Positions 37,425 through 49,720 of a stretch of DNA of 64,000 nucleotides are shown here, piece after piece. A program made the position numbers and the translations under genes. This DNA comes from Haliotis rubra (lineage: Eukaryota), in the NCBI RefSeq assembly GCF_003918875.1, contig NW_025767730.1, positions 186,001-250,000 of the forward strand, given 5' to 3'. The notes beneath the pieces are model-generated. The model worked only from the letters and a program-made list of their open reading frames with translations, did no database searches and was not told the DNA's origin. Numbering within the stretch: the stretch's first letter is position 1; every line of letters begins with the position of its first letter.

Positions 37425-38996
37425 TCACCAGCAGTCTGAAAGAACACTTGAGAGGGAGTCTTGCTTTGTAGCTGAGCAGTAGCCACCATACATTTTCATC
37501 AGATCCTCTTCCTCGGGGTCATATTGTGCCTCCTCCACCACAGCCTGTGTGCAAGGCTTGTCTCTCTCGACATGGTACTGCTGGTCGAGTCCAGTGCAAC
37601 TGATGATGATGCCTGTTCTCTCATGTTTCCTGAATGCAGTGAGTTGGAAACAAGCACATGGGAGTATATGGGCGGAGGAGGAAGGGCTTTGGATGGCTTC
37701 GACGTAATGTTCTGTGAGCGATCTGTTTGTCAAAAGAATATTCAAAGTGTCAACATATTTTCTTTGGAAAGGATTTTACAGTATATGATTAAAAAATGGC
37801 AATATTCATTCCCAAACATTCATCCAGGATAAAAAAAATTCATGTTTTCAATTTTTATGCCAAAAGAATACAGTTTTTTTTTATCTAGTAAGTCCCTGCA
37901 GAGTATTCAAATAAGACAAAAAATATGAAACAGACATGCAGTGGTTAACTGAATTAAGGCTGATAATGTTGAGATTTGATTGGCTAACTTGCACTCCACA
38001 ATATTCCAGCAGTTTGTAAATTATCAAGTCATGACAAGACAATCCACTTATTGACATCTTGTGATATGATCAATGCAGTTGGGTTACAGAGATATGTTTT
38101 TTGTTTTGTTAACACCACACCCAGCTATATGGCAGCGGTCTGTAAATAATAATCTGGACCAGACAATCCAGTGATCAACAGCATGAGCATGGGTCTATGC
38201 AATTAGGATACGATGACGTGTGTCAACCAAGTCAGCAAGCCTGACCACCTGATCCCATTAGTCCCCTCTTATGAGAAGCAAGGCTTGCTAAAGATCATTT
38301 GCAACCCGAATGTTCATGGGTATACAGAGATGTGTATTAACCGAGTCAGTGAGTCTAACCATCTGACATTCATAAGACAGAACAATATTGTCTCTGCTCT
38401 ATAGTTTGTCATGGTATTCTTCATTTATATGGAATTTGAGGCTTTTTTCGTTGTAATGTTCCGGTTATCTCTGAAATATTTGAAAAATTGAACCATTACT
38501 AATCTTAATAACCAAAATAATTCTGATTACCCACTAAAACATACAGATGTATTTTTCAAAGCTGTGAAACAAGTGAAAAATGCCCACCTGTTCATATTTC
38601 TTAAGAATTCTGGTCTCAGAATAAATTGGTTCAATTGTTCAACTTGCCTGCATATTACACTACATATTATGCAATGATGTCAGTCTGATTGTATTAGAGA
38701 GGGACTCTTTACTGAATAAAGACTGTCTGTCTTAAACAATGAAAACAGTAATTAAAGCATTTCTCTTCATACTGATCCTGTTTCCAAAGTAATCCTGATA
38801 ACCCAAAAGCAAAACACCATGTTTACACAACACATTTAACAATGAGCACTGGAATGAATTCACTGAAGGAGGATATCACTGAAGAAGCCCTGGAAATATA
38901 CATGATATTTTTTTTAACAAATTCCCTGCACAACCTGAGGGAAACAAATGTTTTCATAATACTAGTTTTGTTGGATCACCTGCCTGATATACATAA

Positions 38997-39043
<47 letters not shown>

Positions 39044-42000
39044 CCACACACCTGCTGATGTGCTTTTGTTTCCTAGTCAGCTTCTAAAATGGGTGGGGCC
39101 TGCTTTACATGTGCTGACTGCATTATCACCAACTCTATGTTGTGGTGTACATTTGTATTTGTGCTTCATTACACAAGCAGTCTGGAATTAATTAGTGGTG
39201 ACATATGTTTTTGTTTTTAACACTGGCTTCAGTATGCATATTACAAGTTATAAATATAAATACCTGTTTGCACCATACTGTGCACATTTACACAGGGTGC
39301 ACATCAGACTTTAGGTTCAGGGTGCACATCAAACTCCATTATGGAAGTCCATTCTTGAATGAACCATCATAAATAGCGTGGCTCACTGATCAAATAAGCT
39401 TCTGGTTGTAACATTGCTATGATAATGATGACTGGGAGAACTAACAACCCTCACTCACTTCATGAAGTACCAATAACTCACAAAATGTGGATCTCTTTGT
39501 CTTGTGTAGAGGTTTCTGAGCCTGTGTAGTCCAGGCCTGTATTACCGGGGTAGCCCAGCCATGTGTCCCTATATCAAACACCCCTCTGCACAACTCCTCC
39601 ATCTCATTGGACAAATAAAAACCTTGCTGTCTAAACAGGCTGTATTTCTGAAACGTGTACATAAAATTGTACAATGATGAGAGTACAAACTAAAAATATC
39701 AGTGAATATCAGTGAACTTTGCCTACCTACTCACATTTCTTCAAAAGTGTTGCTTGTTATATCAGTTGTTCAGCTCACTTGTACTGCATGCTTATGGCGG
39801 CTTACACGTGGCTGTTCTGCTATGCCACTGCAGTTATAAATGTCACTTTATCCTGTCACTTAGACATGCTCTATTCCTTATGCAGTATGAGATGGATTTG
39901 CAAAGTATATTTTCATTAGATTTGGATTCTGCTGTGTGCTGTTTATTTACGTACTGTATTTTGCCTATTTGTGTATAGCTTGACATCTATGAAAACAATG
40001 CAGAAAAATGTGCAAAAGATCCTGTAACAGATAAATATCATAATAAAGTAATATTTTTCCTCAAATCGTCTTATGTCTTTATGAACAGTATGTGATGTAG
40101 TTTGTTGAAAATATATCAATATTTAAATCTCAACACATACACAGCACATGTTTTGTGCCTTAAAGAACAAGATCTCACTTAACAACCCAGCTGACTGATA
40201 AGTGTGGCGGTTTGTTTAATCTTCTATATGGCACCAATCTACTCATGTATGTAACCTTGGATGGAAGGTGAAGCTTTGCCTCTTTGGTGAAAAGTATATC
40301 TTGAGTCCTGATACCGATATACCCAGAAACAAAACATGAGAGTGCCTGAAACAACTGTCCCACTCATTCCTTCCCCTGCATAGCACAGAATATTTAAGGT
40401 TTCGCATAAAACCAAGAATAGAAGAAATGACAGGTACTCTACTTTGACTTTGTTTTCAGACAGGTGTATAATTTTCAGCATAGGTAGACTTGACAGGTAC
40501 TTCACTCCTTTCTCAGTCAGCAAATTCCCTGTATAATGAGAAAACAGAACATAAGTGCCACTTGTCTGAAACAATGCACGGTATACTAAATCCCTCAAGT
40601 GTTTTTGTTGATAAAACAATGTTAGCAGTAGCTTGTTAACCACAGGGGTCAGGTAGATGTCTGTTGATGACAGGTTAAATGTGACAAGTATCTATTACAG
40701 TTGTTCATGTTAACTGGACAGTTATTTTAAATAAATTATCATAAAGCTACATGAAGTCAGGAAAAGACAGATTTATGTTAATAGGTCTTTACCAAGTGAG
40801 TATCTGTACTTAATTCCCATACACCCATATTCCATGTCGCCAAATTTGATAAATGTCACACACACACTGATACTGTATCCTGTATGTAATATTACATGTT
40901 TTTATGTATACTACAGTTTTGTCAAAGGCAGCAGCAATTACTGTAAAAAATTCTTGATAATGTGATATCATGGTGGGGAGTGTGGGGTAGCCTAATGGTT
41001 AAAGCGCTGGCTCGTCACCGAAGACCTGGTTCTGAATCCCCACATGGGCACATGTGTGAAGCCCATTTCTGGTGTCCCCACGTGATGTTGCTGGAATATT
41101 GCTAAAAAGCGGCCTAAAACCAAACTCAGTCAGTCAAAACTTATGGTGGGGGAAACGGAAAATGAACTTCACGCAGTGTACACATGTGGTGAATCGAACT
41201 TGGGTTAAATGCTTTAAGCACAAATCTATCCCATCGCCCCAACAATATTTAAGCAGTTAAAGACTGCCTGATTCTTTCATGTTACTGCAGTTAATCTCTC
41301 ACCTGAAATGTCTATATTCCTGAGCACCTGCAGACCTTGTTTGAACATCCGAGCTGGTGCAGTTAGTTTTCGCATACCATTGTCTGTCATGGCATTACAT
41401 CGAAGATTAAGTATTTGTAAACTGAAAGAAACATTTACATTTTGTCAAAACCTTGATCATCATCAAATACATGTATATAAAATTGAGATATACATGTACT
41501 TTGATTCACTGATTTGATTACTTTACTTCAAGTTCAACATACCACTACAATTCTGCAATTATTATTTTCATTGTTTGTTCTGGATCTACCGGTACCTGTC
41601 ATCTACAGGTTTTATAATTTAACTGTGTTTATCATGAATTTTTATCTTTTTAGTGATGATATGGCTGAAATATTGCTGATGTGACTATAAATCTTAACTC
41701 ACTCACTGGCTCTACCTTGTTTGTCATACACCACATGTTTTTAGACAGTCATGGCAGGTTTGAGTGGACATGCAAGGAAAAACTGTTCTTAGACCATGGA
41801 AATCTTTAACAGTGTTAGATTTATCTTGTAGTTGGCTAGAAGAATATACTTGAATATTTCACTGAGCAGAGACAGTCTGCTCTGACATCGCTTGGTGCCA
41901 GGAAACAATTTTGAAATGTGAAGGCAGCATTTCATGTCAGATACACAATTCATAGCATTTAATTAATATATAACTAATTTCCATTTAAATGCATATTGGC

Positions 42001-43540
42001 ACGACAGTGTTTTATTGTATTGATTACAAAGTTTAGAGAATATTTTGAATCTTTGATCAGGGATTTACCTTGAGTCCTGTATTTGAGGGTCCCTGGGACC
42101 CATACTCTTAATTTTCAGGGGACCTGGACTACAAAACGGGGGTCCCAGACACTTAAATATTAAACATTAATACTATAAAAGAATTGTTGTAATTCAGTTA
42201 CTGTTTTTGTATTGTGTATCATGATCATCACATTGTTACAGTAATTAAATTACAAATGATACCATAGCCCGGCTTGTAGACTAACACCTAGTCTCTGAAA
42301 TGAACATATTTTACAGAAAAAAAGCTCATAGTAAAAAAAATAAAATATACATTTTCTAGGCTTTCTTGGATATATGTGCTTCAGGGTCTGTATGACAGAC
42401 TACCCGGCTTGTAGCAAATCAAAATTTTTACAAAAAGTATTTGGACGTTCTCTGCGTCCCTGTGGATGCGCTAATAACTTTTGTTGTGTCCATTTTCAAT
42501 TTTTATGCGTATAGGATGCAGGAATTCGCGTCCCGTAAATCTTTGTTTGATTGCAGTTTCGAATTAAAACCTTTATTCTCAATATTGTGACATATTGTTT
42601 TGATATTAAAATTTCGGGGTAGATTTACTTATACTGGAACCACTAAACATATTTTCTGCGCATGATTGGAAGGAAGTTTAAGGTTAGGGTTAGCAGGGTT
42701 AGGGTTAGACTCCTATATACAACAACCGAAAGTAGCTAAAACAATGGTACCGGTATAAGTTAAGTGCTCCAAAATTTCTTACATTAGACTGTCTTTATTA
42801 TGTTCAATAAGACATCTCTTTTACACACATGCATACATAACAAAACTGTTTGTCTCACATCGTGCCTGGACGGTGTTTATCTCTTTCAATTCAAATGCAA
42901 TGATCTGCAGAATAACTGAACTAGGTGGTTCTTAATCATGTTTATATTGTAATCTCCTCAACTATGACCCATCTGAGTTTAAGCTGTCTGAAAACTTCAT
43001 GGAGATCAGACACATAGCATACCTTTCTATGGTCTCTGACCATGGCATAACTATTTCTGTTAGCATTATTCCCCAAATGTTGAAGTTATAAAAGGATACC
43101 AATCACCTGTGTAGTTGTGACAGATGCTGCAGCAGCTCATGGTCATCTCCAAGACCGCAACAAGAAACATCTAGTTTACTCAAGTCAGTGAAAAGACATA
43201 TTGTTTCCAGGTAATTGTTTATAACAAGGTGTTCACCTGACAGAGACAGACTGTCCAAAACAATACTCCCATAGGCAGCACTAAATGGGCTTACGTTGGC
43301 TTCAAGACTTGAGCTGGTGCCTGAAAACTTATCGAGAGAAAGTGCTTTTTGAAATATTCTTTCACCAACAATATCAGGGAAGCCCAAGAACGAGTCAACA
43401 AAATGAAGGTTGTTAGCAACAAATATGATGCACAGTTCCATTAAAGAGGTGACAGGTTCAACTTGGGTAGTTTCATCGCTTTGAGATGTGCCACAAATTT
43501 CTCTTCTATTGCAAAGCTTCTTCATTGTTGGTAATGTCAT
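37425..43540 (-). CDS. LRRC42: Leucine-rich repeat-containing protein 42
   Basis: Exons 43540-43107 (SLMELCIIFVANNLHFVDSFLGFPDIVGERIF..AYGSIVLDSLSL..LDVSCCGLGDDHELLQHL), 41421-41303 (LNLRCNAMTDNGMRKLTAPARMFKQGL), 40528-40443, 39647-39482 (GTHGWATPVIQAW), 37722-37425 (EEEDLMKMY). These match recalled vertebrate LRRC42 motifs. The start Met and the last-exon frame are uncertain. Confidence 0.88.
38098..38320 (-). mobile_element. SINE family B (resembles molluscan RUDI-type SINEs)
   Basis: Reverse complement of the repeat at 46711-46942 (ggtcaggcttgctgacttggttgacac...gatcactggattgtctggtccag). Confidence 0.75.
39001..39050. repeat. (CA)n microsatellite
   Basis: About 21 perfect CA units. Confidence 0.97.
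40976..41134 (+). mobile_element. tRNA-derived SINE, family A, followed by a degenerate inverted copy at about 41148-41240
   Basis: Consensus head, core and tail. The downstream cttcacgcagtgtacacatgtggtgaatcgaac...cccatcgcccc is the reverse orientation. Confidence 0.85.
42058..42545. mobile_element. Degenerate MITE (hAT-like)
   Basis: Ends cagggatttac / gtaaatctttg with tttgat on both flanks. Confidence 0.45.
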
Positions 43541-43915
43541 TTAGAGAGAACCGGGCTCATTTACACATGGCTGTCACCAAAAAGTGTATTTGTATCTCCC
43601 GCGGTCACAGACATAAGACTGTTTGCTACACGCCTTACATTTGCTATTGAAACAAATATATCGCAAATATCGGCAAAGGGTATGCTGATAAAAAGTATAA
43701 TAAATCTTATGACTTTATAAAATATCCGCATCAGTTGGTATCGACGTATGCCTCTAAATAATGACTGCATATCCTTTACTTTACATCTAAATAACATGTG
43801 TTCTAAAGAAAAGTGTTTGTATCCTGACTTGCGCAGTGAGAGACATTCCAGAATTCCCACTTCCTGTGTTTACAAGCGAGTGTTGCTGAGTGGTCTCGGT
43901 GGTTGTGTTTACAAC
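43541..43915. promoter_or_regulatory. Putative bidirectional promoter of LRRC42 and HSPB11
   Basis: Divergent coding regions 375 bp apart. ETS-like cacttcctg (43858-43866) and two forkhead-like tgtttac sites (43867, 43906). Confidence 0.6.
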
Positions 43916-45853
43916 ATGTTTGACGTAGCACTCGGAAACGCTGGGGCACAGATTCTGTTAGCTTCGTCAAGTGATGACAAACATCCTCCAGAAAATGTCA
44001 TCGACGGGTAATTAATAATTTTGGATCAACGAAAATGCTTTGCTTCTCACATAACAACCTGATCATACCAAAATGAGAATGAAAAGTTCAACTTCGAAAT
44101 CATCTCAGTGTTTCACTGGACTTTCACTAATTACCATTGAGTGGACACAAATATTTGTCAGATAGTACGACATTGCAACAGGTTGAGTGTCAGTTCGTTT
44201 CCATTAATTATTTCTCTTTGTTTTGTTCAGGGTGGGTACTTTCAACTTGATAGCGAATGGTTGTGATTGAGAAAAAACACCTTGGATACGTGATTCAACC
44301 CGTTGCATTAGTTAAATCATTATTTAACAAACTGACCGTTTATTTCATTTGTGATCAGTAATTATGTTTATAATGTTTTTGTAGATTTGACAGTCTCTGA
44401 AATGGAAAAGTTTAATATTAAGAGGGCATTATTGGACGTAACAATTTGGAGTTCAACAAACCTTATTCACCATTCAAGTAACAGTTTACTTGTGTTTCAA
44501 TTTAAATATTCGTTTAATTTGTTCATCAGGAATCCAGAGACCTTTTGGACAACAACAGGAATGTTCCCTCAGGAATTCATAGTAAAGTTTTCATCAGTCA
44601 TGAATATGACTAGACTTAGCTTCTCTAGTTTCAATGGTGAGTACCATCGTTGAGGTGCCCCAATCTGTGTTAAATACATTGTCTCTTTTATCAAGTAAAA
44701 CTGCTATAAATTGAAAAAAGTGTCTTTTCCCAAATGTTCATGCAGTCTCTATCCTTGAGTGACTAATCTATGTCCACTGGGTGTATTATGTCTAACAGTA
44801 ACAATGTAGATATGAACATTAGAATAATGCATCCTTCTTATTTAGAGAGTTACACTTTGTGTGTACATTGTCATTTTGTTGAAATACACACATCACAGGC
44901 AATGTAAACTGTAGTTTATGATTTCAACAACACTTTGTGAATTTGATTGTAAGTGTTTGCAAAACATCATGTGTGTCTTTTGTTATATGTTTCAGTCAAA
45001 AAGATGGTCATTGAAACTACTGAATCAGAATCTCCGGAGAAGTTTGAAGTAATCCTTGAAAAAGGTTGGTGTACAGTAAAACATTATGGCATTTCATGAA
45101 TAGGACAATGTTTTCAAATCATACTTGGCTTTTTTAAATTGGACCTGTTGTAGAAATACAATACAAAGTGAGCTTATGTCACAGGTTTTCATTTATGTTG
45201 AACTCAAAAGGATTTGAGAGAAAGTTTGACTTTTGTGGTGTTTGATACATCTGAAAAACATATCTCAACACCATAAACAACACTAAAAGAGCATGCTTCA
45301 TTAGATTTGGTATGGAAATTCAAAGTTCATTTTAAATAAGCAGTAAAGTGTTCGGGTTATGAAGATCAAGATAAAAAGATAACATGATAATTTATATCGG
45401 ATAAATATTATAAATCTACATTTTATTGTTATAGTTTTCAATATGGTTGTAAATGCTGCCAGTTATGGCAACAGTTGTACTGTTTGTCAAATTGTGAAGA
45501 AACTTAGTTAGCAGTGCACTTTTTGACAACCTGCACATTTTTCCAAAGAATATTTTGCACTCAAACTGTAAAATCATCTGCATTTATTCATACCTGTAAG
45601 ATCAGATATATGTGTGTGAAAATTGTTTCATTGCATAAATGTATTGTTGACATGGTTAGTTATTAAATGAAAGTCATCGTGTTTGTTATTTTGTATTTCA
45701 GAGTTGGAGTCGACAGATCACCAGCTTCAAAATGAGGAGTTCCCAATGAACAACAAACGAGCTCAGTGTATGCGGGTTGTCATTGAATCTGGCTATGACC
45801 ACTTTGTGTCAGTACACAAACTACACGTTGAAGGAAGTGCTCTACATGGTTGA
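43916..45853 (+). CDS. HSPB11: Intraflagellar transport protein 25 homolog (HSPB11/IFT25), 139 aa
   Basis: Exons 43916-44007 (MFDVALGNAGAQILLASSSDDKHPPENVIDG), 44530-44636 (NPETFWTTTGMFPQEFIVKF), 44996-45064, 45702-45853 (LQNEEF..RVVIESGYDHFVSVHKLHVEG). 420 nt in frame, GT-AG introns, aataaa about 65 nt downstream. Confidence 0.96.
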
Positions 45854-46710
45854 TAGCAAGTGGTTCCTGCACAGACTTTCACATTCCGTCCATCATGTGT
45901 ACAAATTTTATGTCATAATAAATAATTAACAAATAAATGGTTGTGTTTTGTAAGTATTTGTTTTGTTTCTTAATACTGCACCCATCATTATTCTATGCAT
46001 ATAATGGCAGTCCTTAAACTATGCGAGTCAGGACAACTTACCAGTGGTTGATGTTGTGAACACCAATCAAGGTGCAGTGACATACATCAACCCAGTCACC
46101 AAGCCAGAGCACCCCAATCATTGAGCCACCTCTTATGAGAAGCATGGGTTGCTGGGGAGCAGTTCTTACAGACTATATCCCAGAATGATGTTAATCTCGA
46201 CTGGATGCCATTCATCAGTGTACTCTAGCCACTCACGGTTTCTGTTATCATCTCTTGTAGAGGTTCTATGTGGTGAGGTAAGCTAATGAATGAAGTAGTC
46301 CTTATCCCACAGTTAAACCTCAGTTGTTGGCAATCTATAGCCTGTTTTCACATTGTCTTGTCATTTCTAGTTAAAATGTTTTAGATTTAACTACTAGTTT
46401 TACATGGATATCTGTGATACACTAGTAGTTTTTACTGTTCTTTGTCAACAGGCTTTTATTTTCTAATTTTATTGATCTATATGGCTGAAATATTGCCTAT
46501 GTGACGATAAATATTAACTCACTCACTCCAACAGTTAAAGCACTCACTTGTTACTAGAAGCTCTTTGATTAATTTGCTTCATTACAAACAGGGTCCAAGT
46601 TTATCCCCAAAGATCTTCAGCTGGGGATAGTGCTCACAGTTGGTCACTTTGTCTCCTGAGGGTGAATGTCCAGAACAAGCATCACAGATCAGTAGTTCTT
46701 ATTCATCTTT

Positions 46711-46942
46711 ACCCGTGAAGATCCGGGTTTTAATTGATCTTCAGTAACCCATGCTTGCCGTAAGAGGCAACTAACGTGAACGGGTGGTCAGGCTCGCTTA
46801 TTTGATTGACATGTCTTCGTGTCCCAATTGCGTAGACTGATGCTCATGCTGTTGATCACTGGATTGTCTGGTCCATACTCGATTAATTACAGACCACCGC
46901 TGGAATATTGCTGAGTGCAGCGAAAAACTAAACTCACTCACT
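46711..46942 (+). mobile_element. SINE family B (RUDI-like)
   Basis: acccgtgaagatccggg...catgcttgccgtaagaggcaactaac...gctggaatattgctgagtgc..aactaaactcactcac. Degenerate copies at about 48505-48715, 53345-53550, 58130-58270 and 60720-60830. Confidence 0.8.
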
Positions 46943-47398
46943 TACTGTCATTAACCTTCACTTCTAGGTTTGTCAGCACCAATTTAATGTTCACTCAATT
47001 CATCAAAATGGTGAACATCAAAGATCTGCATCATCCCTAATGGAGACCTTTACACTGTGATATAACCCAAACATTGTTCCCTGCAGTGTATAACACAACT
47101 CACTCTCATTTAGGTGACAAAAACCAGTCCATATGAAGTTTTCACATGTATTTTTGTAAATGGTTGCATTTTGAAATGATTAAAGGAAAAGCTCAAAACC
47201 TTCCAACTATGGCCTTGAACGAGAAAGTCTAACATCTAACTGAAGAAGCAGGCTTGGTTTGGTGGAACTTGGGTAATAATATGAATCCCATCTTTGGGTA
47301 ATATGAATCCCATCAAAGTACATGTGCTCTACCGTGGGCACTGTGAATGTGTGTAATTCATGATCTGAATAGAGTTACTTCCCTTGAAAGCCACAAAC

Positions 47399-48360
47399 AT
47401 GAGTTCATCGGCGCGACCAGTGTTACAAGTGCTCCGACAACTGGTCGCCAATCGTGTGGCCGCCACGGGGTTCGAGTCTGTATTGAAACAGGTGAGAGAC
47501 CGAAACAACAGGGATCTATTTGTAGGCATTCGGCCTATATGCTTAACCGCGAATACCAGAGTTCGACCAGCGGCTATTCTAAAGATAGACTTACCAGGGC
47601 TCGTATATAATATTATAAATATTTAATTTAACACAATACCGCAGTTGGCATACAATGCTCAAATTTAAAATTAGTGTACTGCAGTAGTCACATACATATT
47701 ATAATAATTGTACAGCAACGAAAATAATACATAGGAACTACAGGCTTTCACACTGATAAGTTTTTAAACTGTGAACACAACCCTTTTCTTAACACTGAAC
47801 TTACCTGTTTAGACAATGGAGAATGTCTTTTCAATTCACCTTTTTTCGACATCTTATGCGTTTTGTCAGCTTTGTAATACACACATACGTATACGGCCAG
47901 ATTAGTGTGGTGGACGGAGAGGAGGGGCGGTGTGTCTGTGAACTGGTCGTGTCTCCCGAGTTATCCAATCCCCGGGGTTCACTGCACGGGGGCGTGGCAG
48001 CCACGCTGGTGGACGCTGTATCCACGTGGGCGGTCATGACTACCGGTGAGAAGAAACCCGGTGTCACTGTCGACCTGAACGTTTCGTGAGTTGATCAATT
48101 ACCTATTACCAACACAGATCGTTATTACTTTATATTTATTTTATATCAAGTATTAAAACAATTATTGGATATAAATGATTACCATAGCTTTTCCTTTTTA
48201 CAGATTTCTGAAAGCGGCACCCACAGGCGAGCCTATACTGATCGACGCACGTACTCTGAGGGTGGGCAAGACCCTGGCATTTCTGACGGTGGACATCTTG
48301 AAGAAAGACTGTGGGACCTTGTTGGCCCAGGGAAAACACACGAAGTTCATGGGAGTGTGA
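47399..48360 (+). CDS. ACOT13: Acyl-CoA thioesterase 13 (THEM2, hotdog fold), copy 1, 144 aa
   Basis: Exons 47399-47491, 47901-48085 (NPRGSLHGGVAATLVDAVSTWA...PGVTVDLNVS), 48204-48360 (FLKAAPTGEPILIDARTLRVGKTLAFLTVDI..LAQGKHTKF). Intact frame with the HGG motif. Confidence 0.95.
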
Positions 48361-49720
48361 CCAGTATGCCATGGTGTGGTCCTGGATTAAATGGGGGAAA
48401 ACCCCTCACACCAATATCTGAATGAGTTGAGGGATGCGTGTATTTGAAGTATGACAGACAAGGTGTGAAGCTTCATAACATAATTATACACCCAGAACAG
48501 CTTGTGCTTGTTTGTTTGCTATTTAATGTCTTTTCAGCAATATTCCAGATGTATATTTGCAAATAGACCCCATGATCAAGTGATTATCGTCATGGATCCA
48601 GGCAGCTGGGTTACCATGATATGCAATCAACAAAATATTTCAGCCTGGCCACCCGATCCCCTCCTACAACAGGCATATATCACTTGGAGTTATGGTCTTA
48701 CACGGGATCCTCAATGGTCAAAGTTGATGAAGGACGTGATCTACATTGGACACGTCATCTGTTTCTGGTGTGTTGAGTCAGCATGTAAGCAGTATCGAGA
48801 AGTAAATAAATCTTGTTTTCCACAGTGTTTGAGATATTTCTGTCAGTATTTACTGTAAAATATGCCATTGTATACCAAATGGACAACAAATAATACAGTT
48901 CGTCTCCGTTCCACTGAATGTAATGATACGACCAGACATTCTTCTCATACAGTGGTGTGCCTTTGAATACGATAACCACCATGATGTCACGACTGGTAAG
49001 CACCGTTACAACCACCCTTCGTGTGTTTGCAAACCATTAACCTGGTGTTTAGTGACATACGTTCAGACGTTCATGTTTTGTAGGAGAGATGTTTATCCTG
49101 CAGTTTCACATCACGTGGGGCACTATGAACACCTGTATTTTCTATATTACACTACCCCCTTGTACCACGTGTGAATGGCTGCGTTAGGTTACTATATGGT
49201 CTTCCCATGGAAACTGAACAGAACAAAACTGCTGTATCAATAGATTGATGTATTGTGAAATATGCGGATCGGTGGTGTAAAAGAATGTTATTGCCAAGTG
49301 TTTAGTACAGTCCTCTATTTACATTCCATATTCAAACAATATGATTAAAGGCATGTGACAAACGCTTGAATGTTTTGTCAAAGGCGCCGCCCGCTCAAGG
49401 TAAAATTGTTTGGACAAGGCGTTATTGTATTATAATGTAATGTTTGATATAAACTGAAATATAACGCGCCAGACCTTAGTGTGATGGACGAGGCTCACGT
49501 GGGCGATGACTATTTCTTTAGTGAGCGACGCGGCATACATTCAAGGGAGATCAATCCGACAGCCTTATCTAGGTCAACACGACCTGGTTCATGATACTGT
49601 CATTACAACTACTTCACACCTTCACTCTTAAGTTTATATATATAGTAAACTGTCTATTAATTCCAACCCAAAACATTTCTTTCTGAATTATCATTACTTA
49701 ATATCAAAATATACCAAGAT

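Noticed and set aside
42680-42710. Interstitial telomere or fusion site
   Set aside because: Only three to four imperfect units in one orientation, inside a small inverted-repeat element.
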